A stretch of 64,000 nucleotides of DNA from Mustelus asterias (Eukaryota). The notes below the pieces were generated by a model that was not told where the DNA came from, searched no databases, and saw nothing but the letters and a program-made list of their open reading frames with translations. The position numbers and the translations under genes are program-made. The DNA lies in contig NW_027590172.1 in the NCBI RefSeq assembly GCF_964213995.1, forward strand, positions 620,001 to 684,000, in the 5' to 3' direction. Shown piece by piece: positions 49,158-62,385 of the stretch. The first letter of the stretch is position 1; every line of letters begins with the position of its first letter.

Positions 49158-50690
49158 TGAACATAGAACATAGAAAAGCTACAGCACAAACAGGCCCTTC
49201 GGCCCACAAGTTGTGCCGAACAATTTCCTTACCTTCTAGGCTCATCTATAACCCTCTTTCTTACTAACCTCCATGAACCTATCCAAAAGTTTCTTAAAAG
49301 ACTCAATTGAATCCGCTTCCACCACCACTACCGGCAGCCGATTCCACGCACCCGCCACCCTCTGAGTGAAACACTTACCCCGAACATCTCCTCTGTACCT
49401 ACTCCCCAGCACCCTAAACCTGTGGCCTCTCGTGACAACCATTTCAGCCCTGGGTAAAAGCATCTGAGAATCCATTCTATCAATACCCCTCAACATCTTA
49501 TACACCTCTATCAGGTCACCTCTCATCCTTCGCCTCTCCAAGGAGAAAAGACCTAGCTCTCTCAACCTATCCTCAAAAGGCATACCACTTAATCCTGGCA
49601 ACATCCTCGTAAATCTCCTCTGCACCCGTTCTATGGCTTCCACATCCTTTCTGTAATGAGGCGACCAGAACTGGGCACAGTACTCCAGTTGGGGTCTGAC
49701 CAGGATCCTATACAGCTGCAGCATTATCTCCCGATTTCTAAACTCAATTCCTCTATTGATGAAGGCCAGTATTCCATACGCCTTCTTAACCACAGTCTCT
49801 ACCTGTGACGCTGCTTTGAGCGTCCTATGAACCCGGACCCCAAGATCCCTCTGTTCTTCCACACTGCCAAGCATCTTACCCTTAATATTATATTCTTCCA
49901 TCCTATTCGACCGACCAAAATGAACCACCACTCACTTATCTGGGTTGAAGTCCATCTGCCATTTCTCTGCCCAGTCTTGCATCTTATCTATGTCTCTTTG
50001 CAACTGCTGACATCCCTCTACACTATCCATAACACCTCCAACCTTTGTGTCATCAGCAAACTTGCCAACCCATTCTTCCACTTCCTCATCCAGGTCATTT
50101 ATAAAAATCACAAAGAGCAAGGGTCCCAGAACAGATCCCTGGGGCACCCCACTGGTGACCGACCTCCACCCTTTGCCTTCTGTGAGCAAGCCAGTTCTGA
50201 ATACACAAAGCAACATCACCTTGTATCCCTTGCCCCTTCACTTTCTCCATAAGCCTTGCATGGGGCACCTTATCAAACACCTTACTGAAATCCATATAAA
50301 CCACATTTACCGCTCTTCCGCCGTCTAAGTGTCTAGTCACATCTTCAAAAAACTAAATCAGACTCGTAAGGAATGATCTGCCTCGGACAAAGCCGTGCTG
50401 GCTACTTCTGATCATACTATTCCTTTCCAAATGTTCATAAATCCTGCCTCTCAGGATCTTCTCCATCAACTTACCTACCACTGAGGTTAGACTCACCGGT
50501 CTATAATTTCCTGGGCAATTTCTTCTCCCTTTCTTGAATAACGGAACCACATCCACCATCCTCCAATCCTCCGGAACCTCTCCCGTCTCCATTGATGACG
50601 CAAAGATCATCGCCAGAGGATCAGCAATCTCTTCCTCACCTCCCACAGTAACCTGGGGTACATCCCATCCGGTCCCGGCGATTTATCTCA
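49158..50690 (-). mobile_element. CR1 LINE, RT domain to 3' UTR
   Basis: PGNYRPVSLTS, YMDFSK.FDKVPH, GVPQGSVLGP, KFADDTK, LVRPQLEYC. Confidence 0.95.
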
Positions 50691-50875
50691 CTTAAGTGAG
50701 TTAGAGACATTAAATAGATGCAACACAGTGTGTTCAATATAAAAATAGTAATATGAAACTGATTTATTTGGCCTTTATTCACAATATTAGCCCAAACAAC
50801 TGGCTGGAATTTATTGACATCATCCAATAGACCCCAACGAACATAATCCTGGATGTCATTGACAGCAAAATCCAA

Positions 50876-51922
50876 TCATTGTCGTTGTCTGTGAGCTTGT
50901 TGGTGTCTCATCAGTACAGAAAAATAAGCAAATCCCTTCCCACATTCAGCACATGTGAATGGCCTCTCCCCAGTGTGAACTCGCTGGTGTGTCAGCAGGT
51001 TCGATGACTGAGTGAAACCCTTCCCACACACAGAGCAGGTGAACGGTCTCTCCCCAGTGTGAACCCGCTGGTGCATCAGAAGTTTGGATGAGGAAGGGAA
51101 ACCCTTCCCACACTCAGAGCAGATGAATGGTCTCCCCCCAGTTTGAACACACTGGTGTGTCAGAAGGACGGATGACTGAGTAAACCCTTTGCTACACTCA
51201 GGGCAGGTGAACAGCCTCTCCCCAGTGTGAATTTGCTGGTGGACAGTCAGATGAGATGATCGTTTGAATGCAGACCCACAATGAGAGCATCTGAACGGTC
51301 TCTCATCAGTGTGAACAGGTTGATGCTGCATCAAGTCCTGGGAACTTTTAAAGCGTTTTCCACAGTCTGGACATGTAAAAGGTCTCTCATCAGCGTGAAC
51401 TCGCTGGTGTGTCTGCAGTTTGTATTGCTGAGTAAATCCTTTCCCACACACGGAACAGGTGAATGGCCTCTCATTGCTGTGAACACGTTGATGGCGCATC
51501 TGTTCCCCAGAACATTTGTAACACTTCCCACAGTCTGAGCATTTAAATGGTCTCTCCTCAGTGTGAACTCGCTGGTGATTCAACAGGGTGGATGACTGAA
51601 TAAATCCCTTCCCACACACAGAACAGGTGAACGGCCTTTCCCCAGTGTGAAGTCGCTGATGTGTCAGAAGGTAGGATTGACGAGTGAATCCCTTCCCACA
51701 CTCGAAGCAGGTGAACTTTTTCTCCCCAGTGTGACTGAGCCAATGACTTTCCAGGCCAGACGGGGATTTGAATCCCTTCCCACAATCCCTGCATTTCCAC
51801 GGTTTCTTCCTGGATTGACTGCATTTGTGTTTCAACAGGTCAGATGATTGGCTGAAGCCTCGTCCACACAGAGAGCACGTGTACGGTTTCTCCCCATTGT
51901 AAATGGTGCTTGTTCCTTCCAT
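50876..51922 (-). CDS. C2H2 zinc-finger protein (ZNF-C), about 348 aa, 12 fingers (2 degenerate), no KRAB/SCAN in this exon
   Basis: Uninterrupted [23 protein letters not shown]...HQQAHRQRQ*; acceptor at 52032-52034; in-frame stops upstream of the ATG, so the upstream part is UTR. Confidence 0.92.
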   Translation of the reverse strand: MEGTSTIYNGEKPYTCSLCGRGFSQSSDLLKHKCSQSRKKPWKCRDCGKGFKSPSGLESHWLSHTGEKKFTCFECGKGFTRQSYLLTHQRLHTGERPFTCSVCGKGFIQSSTLLNHQRVHTEERPFKCSDCGKCYKCSGEQMRHQRVHSNERPFTCSVCGKGFTQQYKLQTHQRVHADERPFTCPDCGKRFKSSQDLMQHQPVHTDERPFRCSHCGSAFKRSSHLTVHQQIHTGERLFTCPECSKGFTQSSVLLTHQCVQTGGRPFICSECGKGFPSSSKLLMHQRVHTGERPFTCSVCGKGFTQSSNLLTHQRVHTGERPFTCAECGKGFAYFSVLMRHQQAHRQRQ

Positions 51923-52329
51923 GTTCAAAATCAAATGATATTCAAGTTACGATAAATTGGAAAACTCCACCAGATTGTGATGTGATGTTTCGTTTCAGTT
52001 TCCCGACTGCAAATCCTCCTCTTCTAAAATGCTGTGTAACTGTTTCAAAACAGAAAAAAATGGAGTGAGAGAGAACCCACAAAAACACAAAGGCAGTTTG
52101 TGAAATTGAGCTGAATGAATCTGGTCATTTGCGGGGCCGGCTCCAGGGAAAAGTGACCATTAAAACTGGTGGATTCTCATAAAAACCCAACTGGTTCACT
52201 AATGTCCTTCGGGAAGGAAACCTGCCACCCAGTCTGGGTCGACACAGATTCTGTCCACAAATTTCTAAACTGTCCCTGAACACCAAGGTCTGGGTCATTT
52301 GTATACATTAGGAAGAGCTGGGTGTTAAC

Positions 52330-55300
52330 ACCAGCTCCTGAGGAACTCCCAAACATCCATTAACCAGTATTTTGTGTGTTTCCTGTCCCCCAGACAATTT
52401 TGTGTCAATGCTGCTGCTGTCCCTTTTATTCCACGAGTCATACCTGTGCTCCGATGTCTGCTGTGCAGCAATTTATCTGATGCTTTTTGGAAGTCCATGT
52501 TCACCACATTAACAGCATTATCCTCAACAACGGGATCTGTGACCTCATCAAAATATTTAACCAGGTTCGATAAACACCATTTCCTCTGAACACTGTCCTT
52601 CTTAACCCACATTTACTCAGGTGACTAGTAAATATGTCCTGAATTATTGTTTCAGGAATCTTCCCTATCACTAGCATTGAACTGACTGACCTGTAGTTTC
52701 TGGGATTATCTTTTGAGCAGTTATTGACTAATCCACCTAACCTGCACATCTTTGGACCACGGGAAGAAATCCATGCAGACACGGAGAACGTGCAAACTCC
52801 ACACAGACAATCGCCCGCGGCTGGAATCGAACCCTGGTCTTTGGCGCTCTGTGGCAGCAGTGCTAACCACTGTGCAGCCCCAAAACGTTTTCCATGTTCC
52901 AATTTCCAATTGCTGTATCCTGTAAATAGAGTTTCCAAAAAGATCATCACTGTTAAACCAGGACATAAATTCAGAAGAGACAAACCATTCCTTGATTTGA
53001 ATTTTCTGTGTGTAAATCCCCCACTTCTAACCAAATAAAAGCAAATTACTGCGTCTGTTTGAATGAGGAACCAAAAGAGAAAATGCTGGAAAATCTCAGC
53101 AGGTCTGGCAGCATCCCTAAGGAGAGATGCAGATGGTCTGTTAGCCTTTATTCCCCAGGGATGCAGTTTCCGAGTGAGGAAAGCTTTCTGAAATTGTATC
53201 CAGTTTTGGTGAAACCACATGTGGAACACTGCAGAGTTTGGGTCTCCTTACCCAGAGAATTGCCCCAGAGGACGAGTAACAAACGTTCACCAGACTGCTT
53301 CCTGGGATGACAGGACTGTGCAATGAGGAGAGATTGAGCAGAACTGGTCTTTACTCTCTGACCTGATCGTAACCTCAAATCTTCATCCTGCTGACCTCCA
53401 ATAACCTTTCACCTCCTTTCTTACCAAGAATCTATCCACCTTTGCTTAAAATATTCAAACACTCTTCTTCCACCACCTTTTCAGGGAGAGAGTTCCAAAG
53501 ACTCACGACACTTGGAGAAAAATTCTCCTCATCTCTACTTTAAATGGGTGATGCTTTATTTTTTAAAACGGTGACCCCTAGTTCTGGATTATCCCACAAG
53601 AGGAAACATCCTCTCTACCTCCATCCTGTCAAGGCCTTGCAGGAACAAGTCGCCATTTACTCTTCTGAACTCCAGCGGATACACTCCTAGCCTGTCCAAC
53701 CTTGCCTCGTAACACAACCCATCAATTTCAGGCATTGTAAGAAGTCTCACAACACCAGGTTAAAGTCCAATTGGTTTATTTGGAATCACGAGCTTTCGGA
53801 GCGCTGCTCCTTCGTCAGGTGCGGAAGGATTCCAAATTCCAAATAAACCTGTTGGTCTTTAACCTGGTGTTGTGAGACTTCTTACTGTGCCCACCCCAGT
53901 CCAACGCCGGCATCACCGCATTATTTCAGGTATTGGTCTGGTAAACTTCTCTGAACTGTCTCCAGCACACTTACACCCTTCCTTAAACAAGGTGACCAAT
54001 ACTGTACATAGTACTCCAGACGTGGTCTCACTAGTGACCTGTACAACTGAAGCATAACCTCCCTAGTTCTGTATTTAATTCCCTTCACAATGAATGATAA
54101 CATTCTATTAGTGTTCCTAATTACTGATTTACTTGCATATTAGCCTTTTGTGATTTATGTACTAGAACACCCAGATCCCTCTGAATCTCTGAGCTCTGCA
54201 ATCTCTCACCGTTTAGACAAAATGCTTCTTTTTCATTCTTCCTGCCGAAATGGACAATTTCACATTTGCCCACATTCTACTCCATTTACCAGATATTTTC
54301 CCACTCACTTAACCTTTCTGTCTTTTTGAACCCTCCGTATGTCCTCGTCACAACTTACTTTCCCACCTATCTTTGTGTCATCGGCAAATTTGCCAACCAG
54401 CCCTTCATCCAGTCATTTCTATAAATCTTTGATTCCTTGCCCCAAATTTGTTTCCCTGTCTACTATTTAGTTTTAAAATGCTTTCCCCAGTACTGGTGTC
54501 AGTGCCCCATGAACCAGAACCCACCTCCCACACCAATCTTTGAGTCACTCATTCATCTCTCTGATCTGATTTGTCCTAAGACAATTAGTAAGTAGTTAAG
54601 GTAATTATCCAGATTATGAACTTTGAGATCCTGCTTCTTAATTTGGTACCTAGGTCCTCATACTAGCCATGTAAAACCTCCTTCTTTGTCCTGCCTGTGT
54701 CATTGGTACCTACATGGACCACAATGACTGGGTCCTCCCCCGTGCAGCTGTTTTTGAGCTGCAGATCCGACACAATACTGTAAGTTCCTCTTCAGACCTG
54801 AGCAGATGTCCTGAACCCTGGCACAAGCCAACACAGCCATCTGGACTCATGCTCTTTGCTGCAGAGAACAGTGTGAATCCCTCTGATTACACCATCCCAT
54901 ACTACCCCTACATTCCCTTTTTCTCCTCCAACTTGAATGGCTTCCTGTACCACGGTGCCAAGGTCAGTTTGCTCATCCACCCTGCAGCATAAACAAGCTG
55001 AAAAAACTGCAATCCGGTTGGACAATTGTGAAGGCTGAGGCTCCTGCCACCTGAATCCCCTTACCTGCCTCACTCACAGTCATCCTCCTGTCCCTGATCA
55101 CTGACCAAATCAGTAGGTCCTGTCCTAAGAGGTGTGACTGCTTCCTGGTGTAAAGAATCCAGGTAATGTTCCCCCTCCCTGATGCATCGCAGTGTCTGTA
55201 GTTCAGCCTCCAGCTCATAAACTCTAACCGGAGCTGCTTGAACTTCAAACACTTACTGCAGATGTGTTTGCCCTCGATCAAACTGACACCCAGGAGCTCC

Positions 55301-55560
55301 CACACGCTGCAGCTGTGACACATCACCTGTCCTCCCATCTTTAATGTGTGCGAAAAAAGTATTTAATTATTTTATCCAATGATGTATTTTACTTTTGATT
55401 TTATATATTTTATTAACCTTACCAGCAGTTGCTATACGATTTTGATCCTTAGACATCGAATAAACTTTAGTCACTTTGCAGATACTCAGCAAATAGCTCG
55501 CCGCTCTTTCTCCTGTAGAAGAGGAAGATCACTTCCCAAAGGCTGAGAATATTAGAAAGC
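52330..55560. mobile_element. Fragmented CR1 LINEs including an ORF1 5' end (about 54700-55350), SINEs and an inverted Penelope pLTR pair (about 53737-53915)
   Basis: MDFQKA.DKL.H, LVRPRLEY, and the ORF1-like C-x2-C..C-x2-C motif (CHSCSVWE..HICSKC). Confidence 0.8.
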
Positions 55561-55691
55561 AAAAGGGTACCTCGTTCCCTTCCTTCCCTAAGTCCCTTAA
55601 TCACCCAACTCTTAGCACACTGTTCTAAGCTGCATTCAAGTGATGCCAGTTCAGAGCTGTTTCTGAGCTGCAGATTCAATACAATACTCAC

Positions 55692-56877
55692 TTGCAGACA
55701 TGGACATCAAGGCCTGTATGGGTCTCCAGGCCATCATGCACACCATCATGATAGGGAGGATGGAGATGGTGTTGCCAGCCATGTACATGATGAACAGATT
55801 CATGGGCAGCTGTTTCAATGGGCCCAAGGTGATGAAAACAGAAAGTGAGCAGGGTATCAGTAAAGGGGGCCGGTTTGGGGAGGCCATATGCTGATCTTAT
55901 ACACAGGTCTGGAAGTAACAATTAACTCAATAAGTCCCTTTATCAAACAGGCTGCTGTGGTTCACCAAGGCACTTCACCACTGTGGACAAACCAGGGGCG
56001 TTGTCAGCCACACACTAAAGACACATTCAAATCTAACTTACCTTCTCAACTCGGATCCGGTCTGTTTCTTGGACGCGGATGTCCGGTAGCTGTTTGTCCG
56101 AATATGCGACTGGGTACATGGAGTCTCTCTGGCCACACTGTTGATCACGGCTCCTGTGAGAAACAGAAAACACAAATTGGTCACCCTTTCAAGACCTTGT
56201 TTAAAGAGGGAGTCTCTCTGTTGAGGACCCCAACGTGGTGACAATAGTGCCAGCATGAACTAAAGCTTGGGCAAACCTCAGACACACACTGCCGTTGCGT
56301 GTACCAAACTGCCAGGGGAATGGAGGGCTGCAGAAGTGGATTAGTGTCAATCAGGGTGCCAATCCACTTGCCCTCCATTGAGGAACAAAGCGACAAATCA
56401 CCACATGTACCAAATTGTATCTTGAAAACAAACACTGCGGGACATTGAGAGAGATCCAGTTCAGCACCCGGCCCTGGAAACCAGCAATCGTTCCTCCAAC
56501 CACCACCGCAGTTGGCACCTGATCAGGTGGAGGGGCTGAAACCAAAAGGGCATCTCAGGGTCATGACCTGGGAAAAGATGCCAAGTGGGGTCTGAGTGGT
56601 TTCTGGGGGATTTGAGGGGCTGCTTTGTGCTGAGGGGCTCGGTGAGGGGTAAAAGACGCGTGAAAAACCCGGGGTTGGGAAGTTTTGGGTTGGTTCCACA
56701 TCCCCGGGTCAGTGTGCGGTGGCGTCCCCTCGGGAGAGGCGGGCTGACCCGGCTTGCCGCTTACTCGAGCCCCCGGCTCCCCGCGCGGCCTCCGCAGCTG
56801 CTGCTGCCGCTCAGGTTAAACTCGAGGGTCCACTTGTGCCAGCGCGCGCGGTTGGCAAGCCCCGCCCCTGCTGCCAT
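55692..56877 (-). pseudogene. EMC4: Truncated EMC4 (TMEM85) copy: exon 1 56877-56765, exon 2 56153-56042, exon 3 about 55835-55692 lacking its acceptor; exons 4-5 not seen
   Basis: MAAGAGLANRARWHKWTLE / [28 protein letters not shown] / [45 protein letters not shown] match EMC4. The acceptor AG and codons RCWD are deleted (TTTTCA joined directly to TCACC). Confidence 0.9.
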
Positions 56878-56879
56878 GG

Positions 56880-57110
56880 CAACGCCGGCGACAGTTAACC
56901 GCTTTCAAATCTGATTCCGATCCGAAGAAGAAGCCGCGCGCTTCCGTCAACAAACCACAACCGCAGCAATGCGCATGTGCGGTCCCAACCTCCTCAGCCC
57001 ATTGCCCCGCCCCCACATCGCAGCCATCTTTGTTAGGGGCACATCGGCTCCGACACTTCACCTTGTCAAACGGAGCACGTCTGCCCCGCACAAAGATGGA
57101 CGTCACTTAA
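56880..57110 (-). promoter_or_regulatory. CpG-rich housekeeping-type promoter of the EMC4 copy
   Basis: ETS (GCTTCCG about 56940), NRF1-like (TGCGCATGTGC about 56970), YY1 (GCCATCTT about 57023), GC box, CRE-like GACGTCA about 57099; CpGs retained. Confidence 0.7.
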
Positions 57111-57802
57111 CCTCAGAGGTATTTACATCGCTTTTTTCGCCTCAAAAAACGTGTAACACAGTATAAAACGTCAATAAAACCTAAAGGACCTTGCCTCCTC
57201 AATCAGCAATCAAAATCATAAATATCTATTGTAATGGGTTTCTCCACAGATGCTGCCAGTCCAGCATTTTCAGTTTAAATTTCACAATTCCAACATCCGC
57301 AGTATTTTAATTTTATTTCCTTTCTATTCTGCCTCTAATGTAACTGGATATCATGAGTAAAGCTGCCACCAGGCTGATCCTTCAGTGTGGCACAGTCGTT
57401 AGCATTGCTGCCTCACAGCGTCAAGAACCTGGGTTTGATTCCCATCCTTGGATCATTGTCTGTGCAGAGTTTGCACGTTCTATGTGGGTTTCTTCTGGGT
57501 GCTCCAGTTTCCTCCCATACGCCATCCTTTTCTTCACATGAGAATCCAGTATTTTGTCCTGAATGAATTTTGAGGCCCAAGTCAGAGCGAATAAGTAAAA
57601 GCAAAAAACTGTGGATGCTGGAATCTGAAACAAAAACAGGAAATGCTGGAAAATCCCAGCAGGTGTGACAGCATCTGTGGAGAGAGAATAGAGCCAAGAG
57701 AGCCAGCGAATAAATAACCCTATCAGGTACCAGATTCACATAGAATTCAGCAAGAAATTCTGCAAACGTCCTTCAAACTGAACAGGAAACATTGCCATTC
57801 AA

Positions 57803-57874
57803 GTTTTAGCCTGGTTTCGGAACGGGGACCTTTCACATGCTAGGTAAATGTGATAACCACTACACTGCAGAAGC
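57803..57874 (-). pseudogene. tRNA-Val pseudogene
   Basis: Reverse complement GCTTCTGCAGTGTAGTGGTTATCACATTTACCTAGCATGTGAAAGGTCCCCGTTCCGAAACCAGGCTAAAAC versus tRNA-Val-AAC. Confidence 0.85.
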
Positions 57875-58685
57875 TGTTGACAGCACAGGGCAGCCAATCG
57901 GCCTGTCGGCAATGTTCAACTCTGCTATGTTACTGCAGGTTCCAATAGTTAGACTGAGAGCCCATGCCACTTAATACAAGAAGACAACTTTTACTTTCAA
58001 CCTGATGTCTCAACTTATATTGAACTTCAAAATTTAAAAGTGTCCGTCTGGCAAATGTCTAAAGGAGCAATTATTTCTGCTCAATTATAGAATCCCTAAA
58101 GTGCAGAAAGAGGCCAGTCAGTCCATCGAGTCTGCACCGACAACAATCCCAACCAGATCCTATCCGCATAACCCTATATATTTGCACTGCTAATCCCATG
58201 ACACCAAGGGGCAATTCAGCATGGCCAATCCACCTAACCTGCACATTTGAGGAAACGTACACAGAGACGGGGACAATATGCAGATGCCACACAGATTTCC
58301 TTCCCAAGGCTGGAATCGAACCTGGGTCCCTGACACCATGAAGCAGCAGTGCTAACCACTGTGCCAAATTCATCATTCTCAGTCTATATTACTCGGTATT
58401 TGTTTCATTATTCAACATTTAATATCAATACATTTATTTAACATAGATGTCATCATTCTGAATTGCATATCTCTGAACTATATCACATTGAATTGCAAAT
58501 GTGACTGACCAACAATACAGATCGAGTCACTGGGTAACACACATCCCATGGTGCTTATTTGAGATTGAGTCAGTCTTTAAACAAAATCAAATATCTTTAA
58601 TGGGAAGAGATTTAGAAATGATCAGTTAGTTATACTTGATCCTTCTTTATTCTGGGTGTGAAACATTCTGGCACTTAAATCCCAT

Positions 58686-59017
58686 GGGCGGCACGGTAGC
58701 ACAGTGGTGAGCACTGCTGCTTCACAGCTCCAGGGTCCCAGGTTCGATTCCCGGCTCGGGTCACTGTCTGTGTGGAGTTTGCACATTCTCCTCGTGTCTG
58801 CGTGGGTTTCCTCCGGGTGCTCTGGTTTCCTCCCACAGTCCAAAGATGTGTGGGTTAGGTTGATTGGCCAGGTTAAAAATTGCCCCTTAGAGTCCTGGGA
58901 TGCGTAGGTTAGAGGGATTAGCGGGTAAATATGTGGGGGTAGGGCCTGGGTGGGATTGTGGTCGGTGCAGACTCGATGGGCCGAATGGCCTCCTTCTGCA
59001 CTGTAGGGATTCTATGA
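58686..59017 (+). mobile_element. Full-length young HE1/V-SINE
   Basis: Near-identical to the copy at 23801; absent from the homologous segment at about 10.3 kb. Confidence 0.92.
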
Positions 59018-59554
59018 ATTTATCTACAGGAGAGTCCAGCAGATCCGCACTGATTCTCGATTTCCTCATCTGCCAAGTGTTTTTTTCTATTTCTCTATTG
59101 TGAAGACCGATTTTTAAAAAAAGATTGTTCTGCGCAATGTGCGTCATTTCCTCTAGTTCAGTTACAGTATCACCTTTGAGTCTGTCTTTATGAGCACACA
59201 ATACTATTAGACATGTTTCAGGTGGTAATTAACTATGTTAGTCTGCACCTACAAATTCTGTTGTGGACTGAACAAATTGCTAATATGTGCACGGTGTCAA
59301 AATGCAAACATTTATTTCCTTGTTGCGTTTTAAAATATCGCATTCCTGATTTTCCTGAAAGCATTTGTACCGAGATCAGAGCAAAGATAATAGCTGGAAT
59401 TTTACCGTTGGCCTCGGGTGGGATTTTATGAGCCTTGCGAGAGCGATGCTGTAAAATACTGGTCAATGTCTGTAACATCGAGATTTGGATAATGTTCAGC
59501 AAATAACTGAAATCATGCAGACTTCCCTCACCCTAACGGGTAAAGTTTCATTAA

Positions 59555-59619
59555 TGTTTCTGCCCGGTTTTGAACCTTCGTGTGTTAGGCAAATGGGATA
59601 ATCACAACATTACAAAAAC
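59555..59619 (-). pseudogene. tRNA-Val(AAC) pseudogene with an internal deletion, second tandem unit
   Basis: Reverse complement GTTTTTGTAATGTTGTGATTATCCCATTTGCCTAACACACGAAGGTTCAAAACCGGGCAGAAACA; upstream flank 59620-59720 repeats 57875-57975. Confidence 0.75.
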
Positions 59620-59727
59620 TGCCAACAGCGCCAGGCCTACAATCGACCTGTCTGCAATGTTCAGCTTTGCTGTGTTGCTGCTGGTTTTCATGGCGAGACT
59701 AAGAGCCCATGTCACTTCAGATGTGAC

Positions 59728-59770
59728 AGAGCTCTGACGAAGGGTCATCTCGACTTGAAACATTGGCTCT
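59728..59770 (+). ncRNA. Minimal hammerhead ribozyme motif of a second Penelope pLTR family
   Basis: AGAGCT-CTGACGA-A-GGGTC-ATCTC-GACTT-GAAA-CAT-T-GGCTCT; stems I and II pair. Confidence 0.55.
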
Positions 59771-59899
59771 ATTCTCTCCCCACAGATGCTGTCAGATCTG
59801 CTGAGATTTTCCAGCATTTTCTGTTTTTGTTTCAGATTACAGCATCAACAATATTTTGCTTTTAAAATAAATGGAAATTGGTGAAATGGGTGAAGGTGA

Positions 59900-61200
59900 A
59901 GGGGAGAGTTCATGCTCGTGAATTGTCAGAGATGGACCTTCACATGGTCCATCTCTGAGACTTCTCTTCCCCCTCCTTGACATTTCTGACTCCATTTCTG
60001 GTAGTCATGATGTGGAGATGCCGGCGTTGGACTGGCGTAGGTACAGTAAGAAGTCTCACAACACCAGGTTAAGGTCTGAGTGACTCACCTGATGAAGGAG
60101 CAGTGCCCCAAAAGCTCGTGATACCAAATAAACCTGTTGGACTTTAACCTGGTGTTCTGAGACTCTTTACTGTGTCAATTTCTGGTGATAATATCACTGG
60201 TATCTATTACAAGCACACCGACACCTACAACTACCTTGACTACAGTTCTTCACACCCCATATCCTTAAAGGACTCCATCTCATTCTCTCAGTTCCTTCAC
60301 CTCCGCCACATCTGTCCTGATAATGCCATTTTCCAAAATAGTGTTGCCCATGTCTTTCTTTTGCCAATTGTGGTTTTTCACCTACTGTGGTTGACAGGAC
60401 ACTTGACCATGACCGACCCATTCCCCAGGCCACTGCTGTTACCCCCTCCTCTCCCTCCCAGAACCAGAATAGGCTTCCCCATGTCCTCACTTTTCACCCC
60501 ACCAGCCTCCGCATTCAAAGGATCATCCTCTGCCATTTCTGCCAACTCCAGCATGATGCCACTACTCATCACACCTTCCCCTCACCCCTTCTCCCCCCCC
60601 CCCCCCCCCCCGCCACCTCCACCCTCCTCAGCAAGAACTCACAAGGACCGTTCTCTCTGGGACACCCTGGTCCATTCCTCCATCACACCCACCATCTCAC
60701 CCCCTGTCCATGGAGCCTTCCCATCTTCCCATGCAATCGTTGAAGGTGCAACACCTACCCTTTTACCTCCTCCCTGCTCACTGTCCCAGGTCCCAAACAC
60801 CATTTCAGGTGAAGCAGCGTTTCACAGACATCTCCTTCAATCTGGTCTATTGCATTCGCTGCTCCCAATGTGGTCGACTCCACACTGGAGAGACCAAATG
60901 CAGACTGGGTGTCTGTTTTGCTGAACACCATCCACAAGCAAAACCCAGACCTTCCTGTCAGTTCAACACACCACCCTACTCTCCTGTCCACATGTCGGTC
61001 CTTGCAATGTTCTAGTGAACCCCGATGCAAACTGGTGGAACAGCACCTCATCTTCCAATTGGACACTTTACAGCCTGAACATTTACAGGACTGAACATTG
61101 AATTCAACATTCACAGCGTGAACTCTCTCCTTCACCTACACTCCATTTATTTCATTTAATTCTGATTCTTCTTTTTGTCTTATTCATCCATTTTATCATC
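59900..61200 (+). mobile_element. Degenerate Penelope-like element (RT C-terminus plus GIY-YIG), with a nested pLTR pair at about 60007-60172
   Basis: IYYKHTDTYNYLDYSSSHP..SQFL.LR.IC and FQVKQRFTD.S.NLVYCIRCSQCG.L.TGETK.RLG. Confidence 0.85.
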
Positions 61201-61732
61201 CTTCTTTCTCACTTCCATGTTTCCAGTTCTCCATTCTTGCTTTCTGCCTTGTCCACCCCTACCCGCCATTCAGCGCAACTGTTTCTGCCTTGTCCACCCC
61301 CTAACCACTCCCCCTCCCCCCACCCACCCACATTCAGGGCAACTGCCTTAAACATCTGTACTACTGTTCTGCCATTCACATATTCTGATCGCTTCATGGA
61401 CACTTTTAACACCTCTCCCAGCTCTCTTCATACATAAAAAGCAAATTGTTGCAGATGCTGGAATCTGAAACCAAAAGAGAAAATGCTGGAAAATCTCAGC
61501 AGGTCTGGCAGCATCTGTGAGGAGAGAAAAGAGCTGATGTTTCGAGTCCAGATGACCCTTTGTCAAAGCTGGCAGGGTCTTCATCCTCATTCATCCTCTC
61601 TCCCCCCTGTCTGTTAGACATGCACACGCTCCACTTTCTGGTGAACACACACTGACTCTCTGCTTCAAGCTTTACTCTTTGTACCAATTCACACTCTGAC
61701 TCCTTTTACAATTACTCATTGTTCCCAATAGG

Positions 61733-62385
61733 CTCCATTCCCTCTGACTCCATCCCCCTGAACTCAGAGCATCACCCCAGGGATCCTTCCTCCCTGCTCC
61801 ATCCCCCTGAACATCATCCCAGGGACCCTCTCTCCCTGCTCCATTCCCTCTGACTCCATCCCCCTGAACTCACTGAGCATCACCCCAGGGATCCTCTCTC
61901 CCTGCTCCATTCCCTCTGACTCCATCCCCCTGAACTCACTGAGCATCACCCCAGGGATCCTTCCCCCCTGCTCCATCCCCCTGAACATCACCCCAGGGAT
62001 CCTTCCCCCCTGCTCCATTCCCTCTGACTCCATCCCCCTGAACTCACTGAGCATCACCCCAGGGACCCTTCCCCCCTGCTCCATTCCCTCTGACTCCATC
62101 CCCCTGAACTCACTGAGCATCACCCCAGGGATCCTTCCCCCCTGCTCCATTCCCTCTGACTCCATCCCCCTGAACTCACTGAGCATCACCCCAGGGACCC
62201 TTCCCCCCTGCTCCATTCCCTCTGACTCCATCCCCCTGAACTCACTGAACATCCCCCCAGGGATCCTTCCCCCCTGCCCCATTCCCTCTGACTCCATCCC
62301 CCTGAACTCACTGAGCATCACCCCAGGGATCCTCTCTCCCGGCTCCATTCCCTCTGCCAGCATTCCCCTGAACTCACTGAACAGA
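61733..62385. repeat. 66-bp minisatellite, about 10 copies
   Basis: Unit CTCCATTCCCTCTGACTCCATCCCCCTGAACTCACTGAGCATCACCCCAGGGATCCTTCCCCCCTG; open on the minus strand as a 22-aa repeat. Confidence 0.95.

Noticed and set aside
51995-56877. EMC4-zinc-finger fusion protein
   Set aside because: In-frame TGA and TAA lie between the ZNF acceptor and its ATG, so splicing from EMC4 exon 1 or 2 does not give a continuous ORF.
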